Translations under genes and position numbers: made by a program
In this document: piece by piece, positions 1-9,623 of the stretch
Layout: every line of letters starts with the position of its first letter
Numbering within the stretch: position 1 is the stretch's first letter
Source of the DNA: Polyangiaceae bacterium
GTDB taxonomy: Bacteria; Myxococcota_A; Polyangia; Polyangiales; Polyangiaceae
DNA: 64,000 nt
Direction: 5' to 3'
Assembly: GCA_965222375.1 (NCBI GenBank)
Contig: CBDCTZ010000016.1
Coordinates: 1,472,001 to 1,536,000 of the forward strand
Notes under the pieces: model-generated
The model's database searches: none
What the model was told of the DNA's origin: nothing
What the model saw: only the letters and a program-made list of their open reading frames with translations

Positions 1-783
1 TCCTACGCTGATGACGTCGACGCCCTGTTTCGACAGCTCGGCAATGCGCGGCAGGGTGATGCCGCCCGATACCTCGACCAGAGCTCGACCTTTCGCGAGC
101 TGGCAGGCTTCCGTCACGGCGGAGGCTTCGAAGTTATCCAACATCACGATTTCGGCGCCCGCATCGAGTGCTTCGGTCAGTGCTGCGACACTCTCGACCT
201 CCACCTCGATCTTGCTCGTGTGGGGGGCGTGCGCCCGTGCACGCCGCACAGCTTGCGTGATGCCTCCCGCGGCAGCGATATGGTTGTCCTTGATCATGAC
301 CGCGGCACCGAGCGTATCGCGATGATTGTGTGCGCCGCCGGTGCGAACTGCGTAGCGCTCGAAGGCTCGCAGGCCCGGAGTCGTTTTTCGAGTGTCTACA
401 ATGCGCGTTTTTGAACCCGGGGACAGCGCGGCAACGTAGCGCTGGGCCAAGCTCGCAACTCCACTCATCCGCTGAACGAAATTCAAAGCCGTGCGCTCGG
501 CTTGCAGAATGGAGCGCGCGCTGCCCTCGACCAGCCAAAGCTGGGTGCCCGGGCTCGCCAGCTGTCCCTCGGAAACCAGGGTTTCCACTCGAACTCCGGG
601 ATCCACTCGATAGAACACCCTCGCGAAAACCGCGCCACCGCATGCCACCAAACCGCTGCGGGCGACGGCAGCGGCCTTCGCTCGCGCCGCCTCGGCAACG
701 CACGCCTCGGTGGTCAAATCGCCGCCGGCGAGATCCTCCCGCAGAGCTCGGTCCACAGCGTCGTCCAGCAAGACCTCGAGCAT
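1..783 (-). CDS. nadC: Nicotinate-nucleotide diphosphorylase (quinolinate phosphoribosyltransferase), 3' end outside window
   Basis: Not in the ORF track; hand translation from ATG at 783 gives MLEVLLDDAVDRALREDLAGGDLTT...ERTALNFVQRMSGVAT...DTRKTTPGLR...HNHR...MIKDNH...IEVEV...VMLDNF...EVSGGI...DVISVG, the NadC motifs. Confidence 0.95.
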   Translation of the reverse strand, partial: MLEVLLDDAVDRALREDLAGGDLTTEACVAEAARAKAAAVARSGLVACGGAVFARVFYRVDPGVRVETLVSEGQLASPGTQLWLVEGSARSILQAERTALNFVQRMSGVASLAQRYVAALSPGSKTRIVDTRKTTPGLRAFERYAVRTGGAHNHRDTLGAAVMIKDNHIAAAGGITQAVRRARAHAPHTSKIEVEVESVAALTEALDAGAEIVMLDNFEASAVTEACQLAKGRALVEVSGGITLPRIAELSKQGVDVISVG

Positions 784-879
784 CCACCGAACCTAGCCGC
801 AGTCGACGGACAAAGCGAGGCCTGCGCTGTACACGCGCCGCGAGCTTTCGTGCGGCCGGCTGCCAAGTTATGCTGGATT

Positions 880-1254
880 GTGGCCTACAAGATCCTGCTG
901 ATCGATGATGAGGATGACATCCGCACCATCGCCGAGTTGAGCCTCGGAACCGTCGGGGGGTTCGAGGTGGTTCTTGCGGACAACGGTCGCCGAGGGGTGG
1001 AGCTAGCTCTCGAGGAACGTCCGGACGCAATCCTCCTCGACGTCATGATGCCCGGAATGGACGGTCCGACGACACTGAGTGCCATTCGCGAGAAGGCAGG
1101 TGGGGCACAGATCCCCATCATTTTCATGACTGCCAAGATCCAATCCAAAGAGCGGGAGGGTTATCTAGCCCTGGGTGCCGCGGGTGTGATTCCGAAGCCT
1201 TTCGATCCGATGACTCTGGCCAACGAAGTGAAAACGATCCTGGGTTGGTCGTGA
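880..1254 (+). CDS. Single-domain response regulator (receiver)
   Basis: GTG at 880; KILLIDDEDD, ILLDVMMPGMDG, FMTAK, KPFDP receiver motifs. Confidence 0.9.
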   Translation: MAYKILLIDDEDDIRTIAELSLGTVGGFEVVLADNGRRGVELALEERPDAILLDVMMPGMDGPTTLSAIREKAGGAQIPIIFMTAKIQSKEREGYLALGAAGVIPKPFDPMTLANEVKTILGWS

Positions 1255-1556
1255 GCAGCGATGTCGTTGCCGCCCTGATGCGGGCCTTTGGCCCGAAGCT
1301 GCCTGCGAGGCTAGCGGCGATCGAAGCTGCCCTGGCTCACGCGCGTAGCGGAGACGCGGAAGGCCTCGGAGCTGCACGTCGTCTCGCTCACAAGTTGCAC
1401 GGCACGGCAGGCAGCTATGGCTACGCTGCCGTGAGCGTCGCTGCCGGCGAATTGGAAGCGTTGCTGGACGAGAATCCACCCAATTGGGACGAGGTGGACG
1501 CGGCTGGCCGCGCTCTTTGCGTCGTGGTGGAAGCGGCGGCCAACGTTGACGCCTAG
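1251..1556 (+). CDS. Hpt (histidine phosphotransfer) domain protein
   Basis: AHKLHGTAGSYGY Hpt motif; GTGA overlap with the response regulator stop. Confidence 0.88.
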   Translation: MSSDVVAALMRAFGPKLPARLAAIEAALAHARSGDAEGLGAARRLAHKLHGTAGSYGYAAVSVAAGELEALLDENPPNWDEVDAAGRALCVVVEAAANVDA

Positions 1557-2046
1557 TCCGTTGTTTCCAGTTTGAGGCACCGATTCACGGTTTCGACGAA
1601 GCGTTCCTCGCTGGTTTGGGATTTTACCAAGGCGGCTTCGACCTGACTCGCGACCTCGACGCTGACCTCTGAGGCACTGAAGAGCACCGCGGGCACCCCG
1701 AGTTCCCCGAGCTCTTGCAGCAGTTCCAGCCCAGAGCCCGTCCGGTAGCCCCAAGTCGACGAGGGCCAGATCGTAGTGATTTGTTCGGATCAGGTCTGCC
1801 GTTCGAAGACGGCGTGTCCGCAGAAGGAAACGTCCCGGGGTGTCTCGCGACTAGGCCGTGGTGTGACTTGAACCACTGGCGATGCGCATCCACCAACGAA
1901 ATCAGAGCGATCGGCACGTTGGCGATGTGCGCGGCCAAACGTGTGAGCGCGTCGTAGGCGTTTTCTTCCGCAGTATCCAGAATCTCCAAGCGCTCGAGGG
2001 CGGCGAGGCGCTCAGCTTCGTCTGGCGGTGTCGGCGCCTTCTTCAT
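1553..2046 (-). pseudogene. Remnant of a GAF-containing hybrid sensor: GAF N-terminus joined to a receiver C-terminus, with frameshifts
   Basis: MKKAPTPPDEAERLAALERLEILDT...LISLVDAHRQWFKSHHGL, shift near 1845 to ETPRDVSFCGHAVFE, then HYDLALVDLGLPDG, shift near 1738 to SGLELLQEL...VPAVLFSA...ALVKSQTSEE...TD* (stop 1553-1555). Confidence 0.75.
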
Positions 2047-2102
2047 GGGTTCTGATTGGAGCGGTGTTTCGTCACGGAGTTCCTGAAGGTACGCGGCGAT
2101 TT

Positions 2103-2855
2103 CTATCCTGCGAAGCCGTAGCTCCGCGCTAGGAAGGTTGCGAACATGTTGCATAGCGCGTGAAACGCTACGGCTGCGCCAATCCCTCCGGTGCGAGCGC
2201 GCAGCCAGCCGAACAGCAATGCCGGGAAGAACACGGCAAGGCGGTTTGCGTTCACATCCGTCGCCAGATGTCCAAGGGCGAACAGCGCGCTGCTCACCAG
2301 AAGCCCCCACCCAACGTGAGCCCCGAGTAGCTTGAAGCGTGGGCGCCACACTCGGTCGAGGGATGTCTGGACGTAACCGCGATAGAACGCCTCCTCGGGC
2401 AGGGCGATGACAAGGAGTTGTCCAAGAGATTCGTCCCAGAGACTTGACGGCCACACCGCGCTGAAGTTGTGGATTGGCTTCCACCAGGTCAGCCAGCCGA
2501 ACCAGAAGGCAGGATAGAGAAGCAGCCCCAGCCCAAGAGCCCAGACGCACGCCCAGAAAGCCTCTCGAAGTAGGCGGCTCGCGGATAGGGGCTCGGGCTG
2601 AAGCAGGCCGCCCAGGGCAAGGCCGAAGGCTCTCGGGTCGGCGTCGCCTCTCAGTGCCAGAAAGTAGGTTGCTGCGAGGAAGCCCAGGCCCACACCGGTG
2701 GCGGCCAAATTGTCGGGCAAACCGTAGGAGAGTCCGGTCACGAGGCAGGTGGTGATGAAAACCGCCAGAAGCGGCCGCCACCAACTCCGCGCGCCGCCTC
2801 CTTCCGCCGGCAGATCCCGAGCGCTTTGCCCCGCTCGGGGATCAATCACGCTCAC
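2103..2855 (-). CDS. CPBP (CAAX/Abi) family intramembrane glutamic protease, myxosortase-like
   Basis: LPEEAFYRGY, SALFALGH, VFFPALLFGWLR..TGGI...FHALCN motifs; several hydrophobic segments. Confidence 0.85.
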   Translation of the reverse strand: MSVIDPRAGQSARDLPAEGGGARSWWRPLLAVFITTCLVTGLSYGLPDNLAATGVGLGFLAATYFLALRGDADPRAFGLALGGLLQPEPLSASRLLREAFWACVWALGLGLLLYPAFWFGWLTWWKPIHNFSAVWPSSLWDESLGQLLVIALPEEAFYRGYVQTSLDRVWRPRFKLLGAHVGWGLLVSSALFALGHLATDVNANRLAVFFPALLFGWLRARTGGIGAAVAFHALCNMFATFLARSYGFAG

Positions 2856-3037
2856 CCCGCTCGAGATCCGCAGAAAAACGGCGGTTTCCCGCTGCTAGGC
2901 TCCCCGTCCCGACCATCCTGGGATAAGGTCCGGCCGCTCGCTCGGGGGTCCGGGTGAGCGTGCAGAGCTGCACGCCCGGAGACTCGGCTCCATTTGTCGC
3001 GTCTCCACCGACCCCAAAGAGTGCGGTTGGAGGAAGT

Positions 3038-5548
3038 ATGGTCGACGCACAACTCGACGCCGGGGACGGAAATTTCAAAAAGGGCCGTTTCAATCCCTTT
3101 GTCATCTTGATCGGCTTCGTTGCCGTCGTTGGTTTGGGGATCTTTCTGTTCATCGGCCTCAAGCAGGACGCCGAGAAGCTTACGGTAGAGCAGGCCGAAG
3201 AGCAGAAGAAAGCGATCCAGATTCTCCCGAAGGCGGAACAAATCCCCAAATGGCGGGAGTGGGCCAAGTCCGATCGCAGCCAGGAGCTGCAGTCGGAAGC
3301 GCTCAAGCAGCTGGCGTGGGCCAAGGACCCCGAGGGCGTGGACGCCGCCATCGCCGCGCTGAAGTCGGATGCTGAGCCAATCCAAGCGATGGCCGGAACC
3401 GCGCTCGCTCATTATGGGTTGCCCTTGGGCGAGAAGGCCAAGGGGCCCCTGCTGGAAGCCATGAAGACGGCCGGCCCTGGCGCCAAGCCACAGATCGCTT
3501 GGGCGCTCGTCGTGCTCGAGGAGTCCTCTGCCTTCGAGCAAGTCATGCCGCTGTACAAGGCAGGGCATCTCTCCAAGGTGCAGCGCCTGGGTGGTGGGGT
3601 CGCATTCGACCCCGAGAAGATCGTCAAGCTGGTGTCCCTGGACAAGCTCGCGGGATACGCCGGCGACGAGAGTCCGGCAGTACGGCAGCTCGTGGCCACG
3701 GTGCTTTCGCGCAATGCGGCGCCGAAGTTCACTGATGCTCTGATCAAATTGGTGCAGGATCCGGACGGTGAGATTGCGCGGCAAGCGGCTCCTGGCCTCG
3801 GCAAGATCGGTGACGCCCGGGCTCGAGAGCCATTGCTGAAAGCACTCAAGACCGGCGATAAGGAGAGTCGGACCAAGTATCTCGAGGCTCTTCGCGACGG
3901 CATTGGGACCCAAGGCTTGGTGCTCGCTCTCGACAGCTTGAACGACGACCCCGAACGAGCTTGGTTCCAGACGAAGCAGATCTTCGATCTGATTCGGAAA
4001 CTGGCAGACCCGCGTGGTGGCGATCACTTGATCAAGTACATCGAGACCAAGCCCCACATTCACTGGCAAACCGAGGCCGCGACCGCGATGGCGGAGATTG
4101 GCGATCTGCGCGCCGTGCCGACGCTTGCGAAGCGCCTGCGCATGGATCCCACCAAGATCTACAGCGACCAGTACGATCACGAGCAGATGCTCAAGCGCGA
4201 CGACAACGAGCGCGTAGTGGCTGCCCGCATGATCGCGGACCTCGCAGTGCTGCACCCGGATAAACGCGAGCAAATCCGAACCGACGCAGAGGACGGACTG
4301 ATCTTCTGGATTCACGAGTTGCCCTCTCCCCATGCCAACGGTCTCCGCGCCCTGGCTGCAATGGAGAGCACCAAAGACCTAAAGGCCCTGCGCGACTGGG
4401 CCAACCCTGACGCGCCGCTGCCGAAGGAAGGTCAGCAGCCGCCATTCCCCGAAGAATGGGTCGTTGCGCAGAGTGCAATGCGCTACGTCGGCTGGTTGAA
4501 GGACGAGCCGTCCTGGGGCGTTCTGGAAAAGGCACTCAAGAAACGCCCGACCGATCGCGACGTCACCATGGACGGGCTGATGCAAGGCGGTATCGCCATC
4601 CTGGGCATGTCTCTCCGCGCGCTGGGCGTAGGAGCAGCCCATGGCTTTTCCCAGTGGGGTGACCACCGCGCCTTCAAGCTGTTGATGGACTACATCGAAG
4701 AGCCAAAAGAAAACGAACAGAGTCGGATCGAGGCCTGTGCGGCTCTTGCGTGGGTGGCTGAGAAAGAGGACATGCTTGAGGTCGCCAAGAAGATCCAGAA
4801 GTACGACAAGACGGACAAGGCCGACTCCTTTCGCCGCAGCTGCTTCTTGGAGACGCTGATCACACGGCCGATTGCCGGGACTAGCGCTGCGCTGGTCGGT
4901 CTGCTGACAGCGGACTCCGCCCTCCAGACACGACACCAGGCTGCCCGTGCCATTGGCAAAGCCGGCTTGGACAAGGAAACGGAAGCCAAGCTCTTCGAAA
5001 TGATGAAAGAGGACGCGTTGATGAATGACGCCGCCCTCGCTCTGATCTTGGGCGGTAGTCCGGACGTTGCAGCTCGCGCTGTTGCGCTCTACGCTGACAA
5101 GGATAAGGCGGCTCTCGAGGAGCTTGCAGATCTTTGGTACCGAAGCTTCGGCTACTGGTCCAAGGAGGACCTGGACAAAGGTCGGATCTTCAAATACGTC
5201 GACAACGCTGTAGCCATCTCTCGCGTGGAGGTCAAACAAGTTCCCCAAGAGTGGGCGACGGTCATGTTGATGAAGCAGCTGGACAACCTCCAGTTCGACA
5301 ATGGCCCGCATTCCTTCACCCGCGTCGTCTTGCGGGGGCGACTTCGGCAAATGGCCGAGGATGACAGCAAGCCGGAGCTCCAGCAGGGTGCCATCCGCTC
5401 ACTCAAGTTCATGAAAGAGCAGGGCGTGCTGCTGGCGCTGCGAGACGGCAAAGGCAAGGGGGCCGAGCTGGCACGGGAGGCGTACTTCGAGCTCATGAAC
5501 CCCAAAATCATCACCGGCGTGAAGATCCCCGAGGACGACGAGAAGTGA
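3038..5548 (+). CDS. Membrane-anchored HEAT-repeat protein
   Basis: ATG at 3038 after GGAGG; N-terminal TM; repeated HEAT-like units (DPDGEIARQAAPGLGKIGD, AATAMAEIGDLRAVPTL). Confidence 0.8.
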   Translation: MVDAQLDAGDGNFKKGRFNPFVILIGFVAVVGLGIFLFIGLKQDAEKLTVEQAEEQKKAIQILPKAEQIPKWREWAKSDRSQELQSEALKQLAWAKDPEGVDAAIAALKSDAEPIQAMAGTALAHYGLPLGEKAKGPLLEAMKTAGPGAKPQIAWALVVLEESSAFEQVMPLYKAGHLSKVQRLGGGVAFDPEKIVKLVSLDKLAGYAGDESPAVRQLVATVLSRNAAPKFTDALIKLVQDPDGEIARQAAPGLGKIGDARAREPLLKALKTGDKESRTKYLEALRDGIGTQGLVLALDSLNDDPERAWFQTKQIFDLIRKLADPRGGDHLIKYIETKPHIHWQTEAATAMAEIGDLRAVPTLAKRLRMDPTKIYSDQYDHEQMLKRDDNERVVAARMIADLAVLHPDKREQIRTDAEDGLIFWIHELPSPHANGLRALAAMESTKDLKALRDWANPDAPLPKEGQQPPFPEEWVVAQSAMRYVGWLKDEPSWGVLEKALKKRPTDRDVTMDGLMQGGIAILGMSLRALGVGAAHGFSQWGDHRAFKLLMDYIEEPKENEQSRIEACAALAWVAEKEDMLEVAKKIQKYDKTDKADSFRRSCFLETLITRPIAGTSAALVGLLTADSALQTRHQAARAIGKAGLDKETEAKLFEMMKEDALMNDAALALILGGSPDVAARAVALYADKDKAALEELADLWYRSFGYWSKEDLDKGRIFKYVDNAVAISRVEVKQVPQEWATVMLMKQLDNLQFDNGPHSFTRVVLRGRLRQMAEDDSKPELQQGAIRSLKFMKEQGVLLALRDGKGKGAELAREAYFELMNPKIITGVKIPEDDEK

Positions 5549-6129
5549 CCCGTAGCCTTGCCTGGGTCGGGATCCTGGCCCTGGCGTGGAGTGCATGCGC
5601 GCCGGCCAAACCGGCCAAGACCGATCCCGGGCCGCGCTTGCTGCGGCTCGAAGCGAGGCCCGGGGCAGTCGTTGACCATGCCTGCGTGCCGAGCGGTCCG
5701 GAGCTGTGCTTCAACGCTCGAGACGACAACTGCAACGGGATCTTGGACGAAGGATGCGGGGTCAATACGGGCCTGGTCCAGTTTGCTATCGCTTGGGCGG
5801 AGTCGAATGCGGACGTTGACTTGAGGGTGACGGATCCGAACGGGGAGCTCGTCGAGGCGGGGCGGCCCACCCAGAGTGGGCTGGTCAAGGACCGCGACTG
5901 TCCCGGAAAGCGCAACGCTTGCCGTGGGCAGAACATGGAAAACGTCTATTTGGAGGACGGCGATCCCGCTCGTGGCAAGTATCGGCTCCGGGTCCGGTTG
6001 GAGGAGATGGGCGGCGAAAACCCACCAATTTCCGTCACGCTCGGTGCGCGGGTGGGGCCGAAGACCTACGCTTTGGAGATGTCGCTCACGCGCGCCGGAG
6101 ACGAGCAAGAGGTCGTGCTCGAACTCTGA
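5545..6129 (+). CDS. Lipoprotein with a Cys/Asp metal-binding motif and a YfaP/DUF2135-like domain
   Basis: Signal ending WSAC; ELCFNARDDNCNGILDEGC; WAESNADVDLRVTDPNGE...ENVY. Confidence 0.65.
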   Translation: MTRSLAWVGILALAWSACAPAKPAKTDPGPRLLRLEARPGAVVDHACVPSGPELCFNARDDNCNGILDEGCGVNTGLVQFAIAWAESNADVDLRVTDPNGELVEAGRPTQSGLVKDRDCPGKRNACRGQNMENVYLEDGDPARGKYRLRVRLEEMGGENPPISVTLGARVGPKTYALEMSLTRAGDEQEVVLEL

Positions 6130-6174
6130 GTCGCGCGTCTTCTCAGCGCGGGCGAGGCCCGCTATGCTGAAGCG

Positions 6175-6723
6175 TTGGCGGCAAAGAGGCAAAATCTGGC
6201 GCGCGTCACGGGGGCTTTGGACGTGCCTCGGGGCGCCGATGTGCGACTTCGGGTCAAAGTGCAGACGAACTGGCTGGGGGAGGCAGCCACGGTCGAGTTG
6301 GAGCTACCCCGCAATCTCGAATGTGCAGCGTGCGACGGAGGCGGCTGCGACCGCTGCGAGCGCTCCGGTGCGATCTCCATACGCGGGCGCAAGGAGCCTG
6401 CGGAGCTCTTGCGAGTCACCCTGCCTCGGCGAGAGCCCAACCTGGAGACGACTGGTTCTGGTCGTAGCATCGTGGTCCGCGTGCCAGGGCGAGGCGGCTT
6501 GGCCGAGGACGAGACGCTGCCGCGTGGGATCCTGATGCTCCAGTTAGTGCCGTCAGATTCTGCCGGCCCGGGCGTCCGCCGCATCGAGCCCGAGGCGGCT
6601 CTTCCCGAAGCAGCTCAGCCTGGCCCGGCGCCCGCGGCCCCGAATTGGAGGCTGATCCTGCTCGTCGTTGTCATCCTATGGATATTGCTGCTGATTTGGT
6701 TGCGGCTCAGTGGCAGAGGCTGA
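6175..6723 (+). CDS. Membrane-anchored protein with a DnaJ-like zinc-finger/C-terminal fragment
   Basis: CAACDGGGCDRCERSG, VRVPGRGG, C-terminal TM; no J-domain HPD; start uncertain. Confidence 0.6.
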   Translation: MAAKRQNLARVTGALDVPRGADVRLRVKVQTNWLGEAATVELELPRNLECAACDGGGCDRCERSGAISIRGRKEPAELLRVTLPRREPNLETTGSGRSIVVRVPGRGGLAEDETLPRGILMLQLVPSDSAGPGVRRIEPEAALPEAAQPGPAPAAPNWRLILLVVVILWILLLIWLRLSGRG

Positions 6724-6837
6724 GCTGGCCTCCTGACGCAAGTCGGTTGACGCGGAGCGGCATGGGCCCCTACACAGTCAGGTGAACCCACGCCCGGGCG
6801 CGTTCTACCGAGCCCGGATTTCACCGAAAGGGCAGAC

Positions 6838-9231
6838 ATGAATCCCGTCGCGATGGCCGTGATCATCTTGGGCCTGGTGGGGGCGTTTCTCTGGAGCGCG
6901 AACAACCGCTGGGGCCTACTGACCATCGGTGACAGCACTCACGAGAGCCGATTTGACCGGATCGGTGAGCGGTTGGGTGCGGTCTGGACCTTCGCATTCT
7001 TCCAAAAGAAGATGCGCTACTATTTGGGTGCGGGGCTCGCCCACAATCTGATCTTCTTCGGTTTTGTCGTCCTGCTACTGCGGACGCTGATTCTCTGGGG
7101 CCGCGGCTTCGACCCGACGTTCAATCTCTGGCTTTTCGGCCCCGAGACGTCACTCGGGCAGGGCTACGCCTTTGCCAAGGACATCGTGGCTGTGCTCGTC
7201 GTCTTGGGCGTGAGCGTGTTCGCGTACTACCGGGTGATCAACCCACAAAAGCGCATGAACCTGGGCATCGAGGGCCTCGTCATCCTCGGAATCATCGCCA
7301 CGATGATGATCTCCGACATTCTCTATGACGGCGCGGCGACAGTGCTCAACCAGCGCTTCGCAGCTGAGTGCGCTGGGAAAACCGACGTCTGGTGCACTCG
7401 TGCCGGCGTGGTGATTGCCCCCCTTGGGCCCGCTGCTGCGCAGATCGCCTGGCATCCGTGGCCTGAGCCTGCAGGTTCTTTCGCAGCCACCCTGGTGCAG
7501 GGCGCAAGTATCGAGACCCTGGTCACGATTGCCCATGCTGGCTTCTGGGCCCACGGCACCCTCGTGCTCGTGTTCCTGAACATTCTGCCCTACAGCAAGC
7601 ACTTCCACATCCTCACTGCCGTCCAGAACGTTTTCTTGACGGACCTTACGCCCAAGGGACGTCTCGCGCCGATGGCGAAAGACACCGAGGAGCTGATGGG
7701 CATGGTCGAAAAAGCGATGGAGCGCGAGGACATGAGCATCGCGCGCATCGGCTACGCTCGAATCGAGCATTTCAGCTGGAAAGACGTACTGGACTTCTAC
7801 ACCTGCACCGAGTGCGGTCGCTGTTCGGACAATTGCCCTGCGGCCACCACGGGGAAGATCCTCTCACCAAAATTCTTCACTCTGGACTTGCGCGACCACT
7901 TGTATGCGCGACAGGAAGAGTTTCTCGAGCTAGGGCAGCCACCACGTCTCGATTTGTCTCCCAAGCCGGAAGCCGAAGAGGGTTCGGATGAAGAGAGCAG
8001 TGAGCAGGCCGAAGAAAAGGACGCTGCTGGCGACGAGAGCAAGGACGACCAAGACAGCCCCTCGGCCAAGCCCTACCAGCCCGTAGACCTAGTTCCAAAC
8101 GTCATTCACGAAGACGTGCTCTGGGCCTGCACGACCTGCCGGGCGTGTGAAGAACAGTGCCCGGTCATGATTTCCTACGTTGACAAGATCGTGCAGATGC
8201 GCCGCAACCTCGTCATCATCAAGGGCGAGTTCCCCGGCGAACTGGCAAAGCCCTTCGAGGGCATGGAAGTGAACGGAAACCCCTGGAACCTGTCGCGAAT
8301 GGATCGTGCGAGCTGGACCGAGGGGTTGGAGATCAAGACGCTAGCAGAGAAGCCCGACGCCGAGGTGCTGTATTGGGTGGGCTGCGCGGCAAGCTACGAT
8401 GATCGCGCCAAGAAGGTCGCCCGCGCTACTGCCAGGCTCCTGCAGCAGGCCGGTGTGGACTTCGCGATCTTGGGTGAGGAGGAAACCTGCACCGGGGATT
8501 CTGCGCGGCGGGCCGGGAACGAGTACTTGTTCACGATGTTGGCGGAGACGAACATCGCCACCATAAGCGGGTACCAAGAACAGGGCGGCGCCAAGACTAT
8601 CTTGACCACGTGCCCCCACTGCTTCAACACATTGGCCAACGAGTACCCGGACTTTGGCGCGAAATTCGAGGTCGTGCATCACGCTGACTACCTGATGGGT
8701 CTCGTTGTTGCGGGCAAGCTGAAGCCAAAGAACAGCGTGAAGGCGCGTGTTGCCTACCACGACAGTTGCTATTTGGGGCGCTACAACGAGATTTACGATT
8801 CGCCGCGGGAAATCCTCAAGAGTATTCCCGGCGTCGAGGTCGTGGAGCCCGAGTACTGGACGCGACACAGGGGGCTCTGTTGCGGCGCCGGCGGGGCGCA
8901 GATGTGGATGGAGGAGCAGAACAAAGACCGCGTCAACGTCAAGCGGGTGAAGCAGCTCGTTGAAACCGGCGCCACGACATTTGCCAGTGCGTGTCCGTTC
9001 TGCATGACGATGCTGACGGATGGCATCAAGGATCAGGCCAAGGAAGAAGAAGTCAAGAACCTGGACGTCGTGGAGCTACTCGCCGTGGCGTGCGGTACCG
9101 ACTCGGATTCGGCCGCGGCCGACAACCAGAGTGGTGATGAAGGCGCCGCGGGTGCTGACGCCGATGACGGGGCTGAGGCGCCCGCAGATGCCGAAGAAAG
9201 CCCGAAGGAATCTGAGGCTCCGGTTAGTTGA
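6838..9231 (+). CDS. Membrane-bound Fe-S oxidoreductase, HdrD/GlpC (FadF-like) family
   Basis: N-terminal TMs with SKHFH; CTECGRCSDNCP and CTTCRACEEQCP; CCG domains (WVGC, TCPHC, YHDSCYLGRYN, CCGAGG, ACPFC). Confidence 0.88.
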   Translation: MNPVAMAVIILGLVGAFLWSANNRWGLLTIGDSTHESRFDRIGERLGAVWTFAFFQKKMRYYLGAGLAHNLIFFGFVVLLLRTLILWGRGFDPTFNLWLFGPETSLGQGYAFAKDIVAVLVVLGVSVFAYYRVINPQKRMNLGIEGLVILGIIATMMISDILYDGAATVLNQRFAAECAGKTDVWCTRAGVVIAPLGPAAAQIAWHPWPEPAGSFAATLVQGASIETLVTIAHAGFWAHGTLVLVFLNILPYSKHFHILTAVQNVFLTDLTPKGRLAPMAKDTEELMGMVEKAMEREDMSIARIGYARIEHFSWKDVLDFYTCTECGRCSDNCPAATTGKILSPKFFTLDLRDHLYARQEEFLELGQPPRLDLSPKPEAEEGSDEESSEQAEEKDAAGDESKDDQDSPSAKPYQPVDLVPNVIHEDVLWACTTCRACEEQCPVMISYVDKIVQMRRNLVIIKGEFPGELAKPFEGMEVNGNPWNLSRMDRASWTEGLEIKTLAEKPDAEVLYWVGCAASYDDRAKKVARATARLLQQAGVDFAILGEEETCTGDSARRAGNEYLFTMLAETNIATISGYQEQGGAKTILTTCPHCFNTLANEYPDFGAKFEVVHHADYLMGLVVAGKLKPKNSVKARVAYHDSCYLGRYNEIYDSPREILKSIPGVEVVEPEYWTRHRGLCCGAGGAQMWMEEQNKDRVNVKRVKQLVETGATTFASACPFCMTMLTDGIKDQAKEEEVKNLDVVELLAVACGTDSDSAAADNQSGDEGAAGADADDGAEAPADAEESPKESEAPVS

Positions 9232-9289
9232 AGCCGATCCGATGGCGAGTCAGCTGCCCACGGGGTGGTGACGCGTTATACTCGACGCG

Positions 9290-9550
9290 ATGACGGGCTC
9301 TCGCCCCGGCGCGGTGCCAGAACCTCAGGCGGCAGCTGAATCCAATGCGGATGATACCGCGTTGCTTCGCGAGTTCGACTGCGACGGTTGTGGCGAAAGC
9401 TTTGCTGGGCGGCCCGGCGGAGCAGGGCTCTTCGTTTGGACTCGTGGAGAAGAGATCCGCTATGAGGAGCCTCCTCTATGCGACGGCTGCGCCGAGCGGA
9501 TCGCTCTGGGCGCGGTCCTCAAGTGGAGCGAAGAAGAAGACGGGGGCTAA
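9290..9550 (+). CDS. Small hypothetical protein with two CxxC motifs
   Basis: CDGC...CDGC; fills the gap between neighbouring genes. Confidence 0.6.
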   Translation: MTGSRPGAVPEPQAAAESNADDTALLREFDCDGCGESFAGRPGGAGLFVWTRGEEIRYEEPPLCDGCAERIALGAVLKWSEEEDGG

Positions 9551-9623
9551 AGGCCTCTTCAGGGAGCGACAAAGAGCCACCGACCAAAACACCAAACGAA
9601 GCACGGCGCCAATCGCTGCCAGT

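Noticed and set aside
502..879. N-terminal extension of the response regulator in the ORF track
   Set aside because: Overlaps nadC on the opposite strand; the receiver domain starts at GTG 880.
2852..5350. Long antisense ORFs (2852-4333 and 4379-5350; likewise 24376-26298)
   Set aside because: Shadow frames of high-GC genes on the opposite strand.
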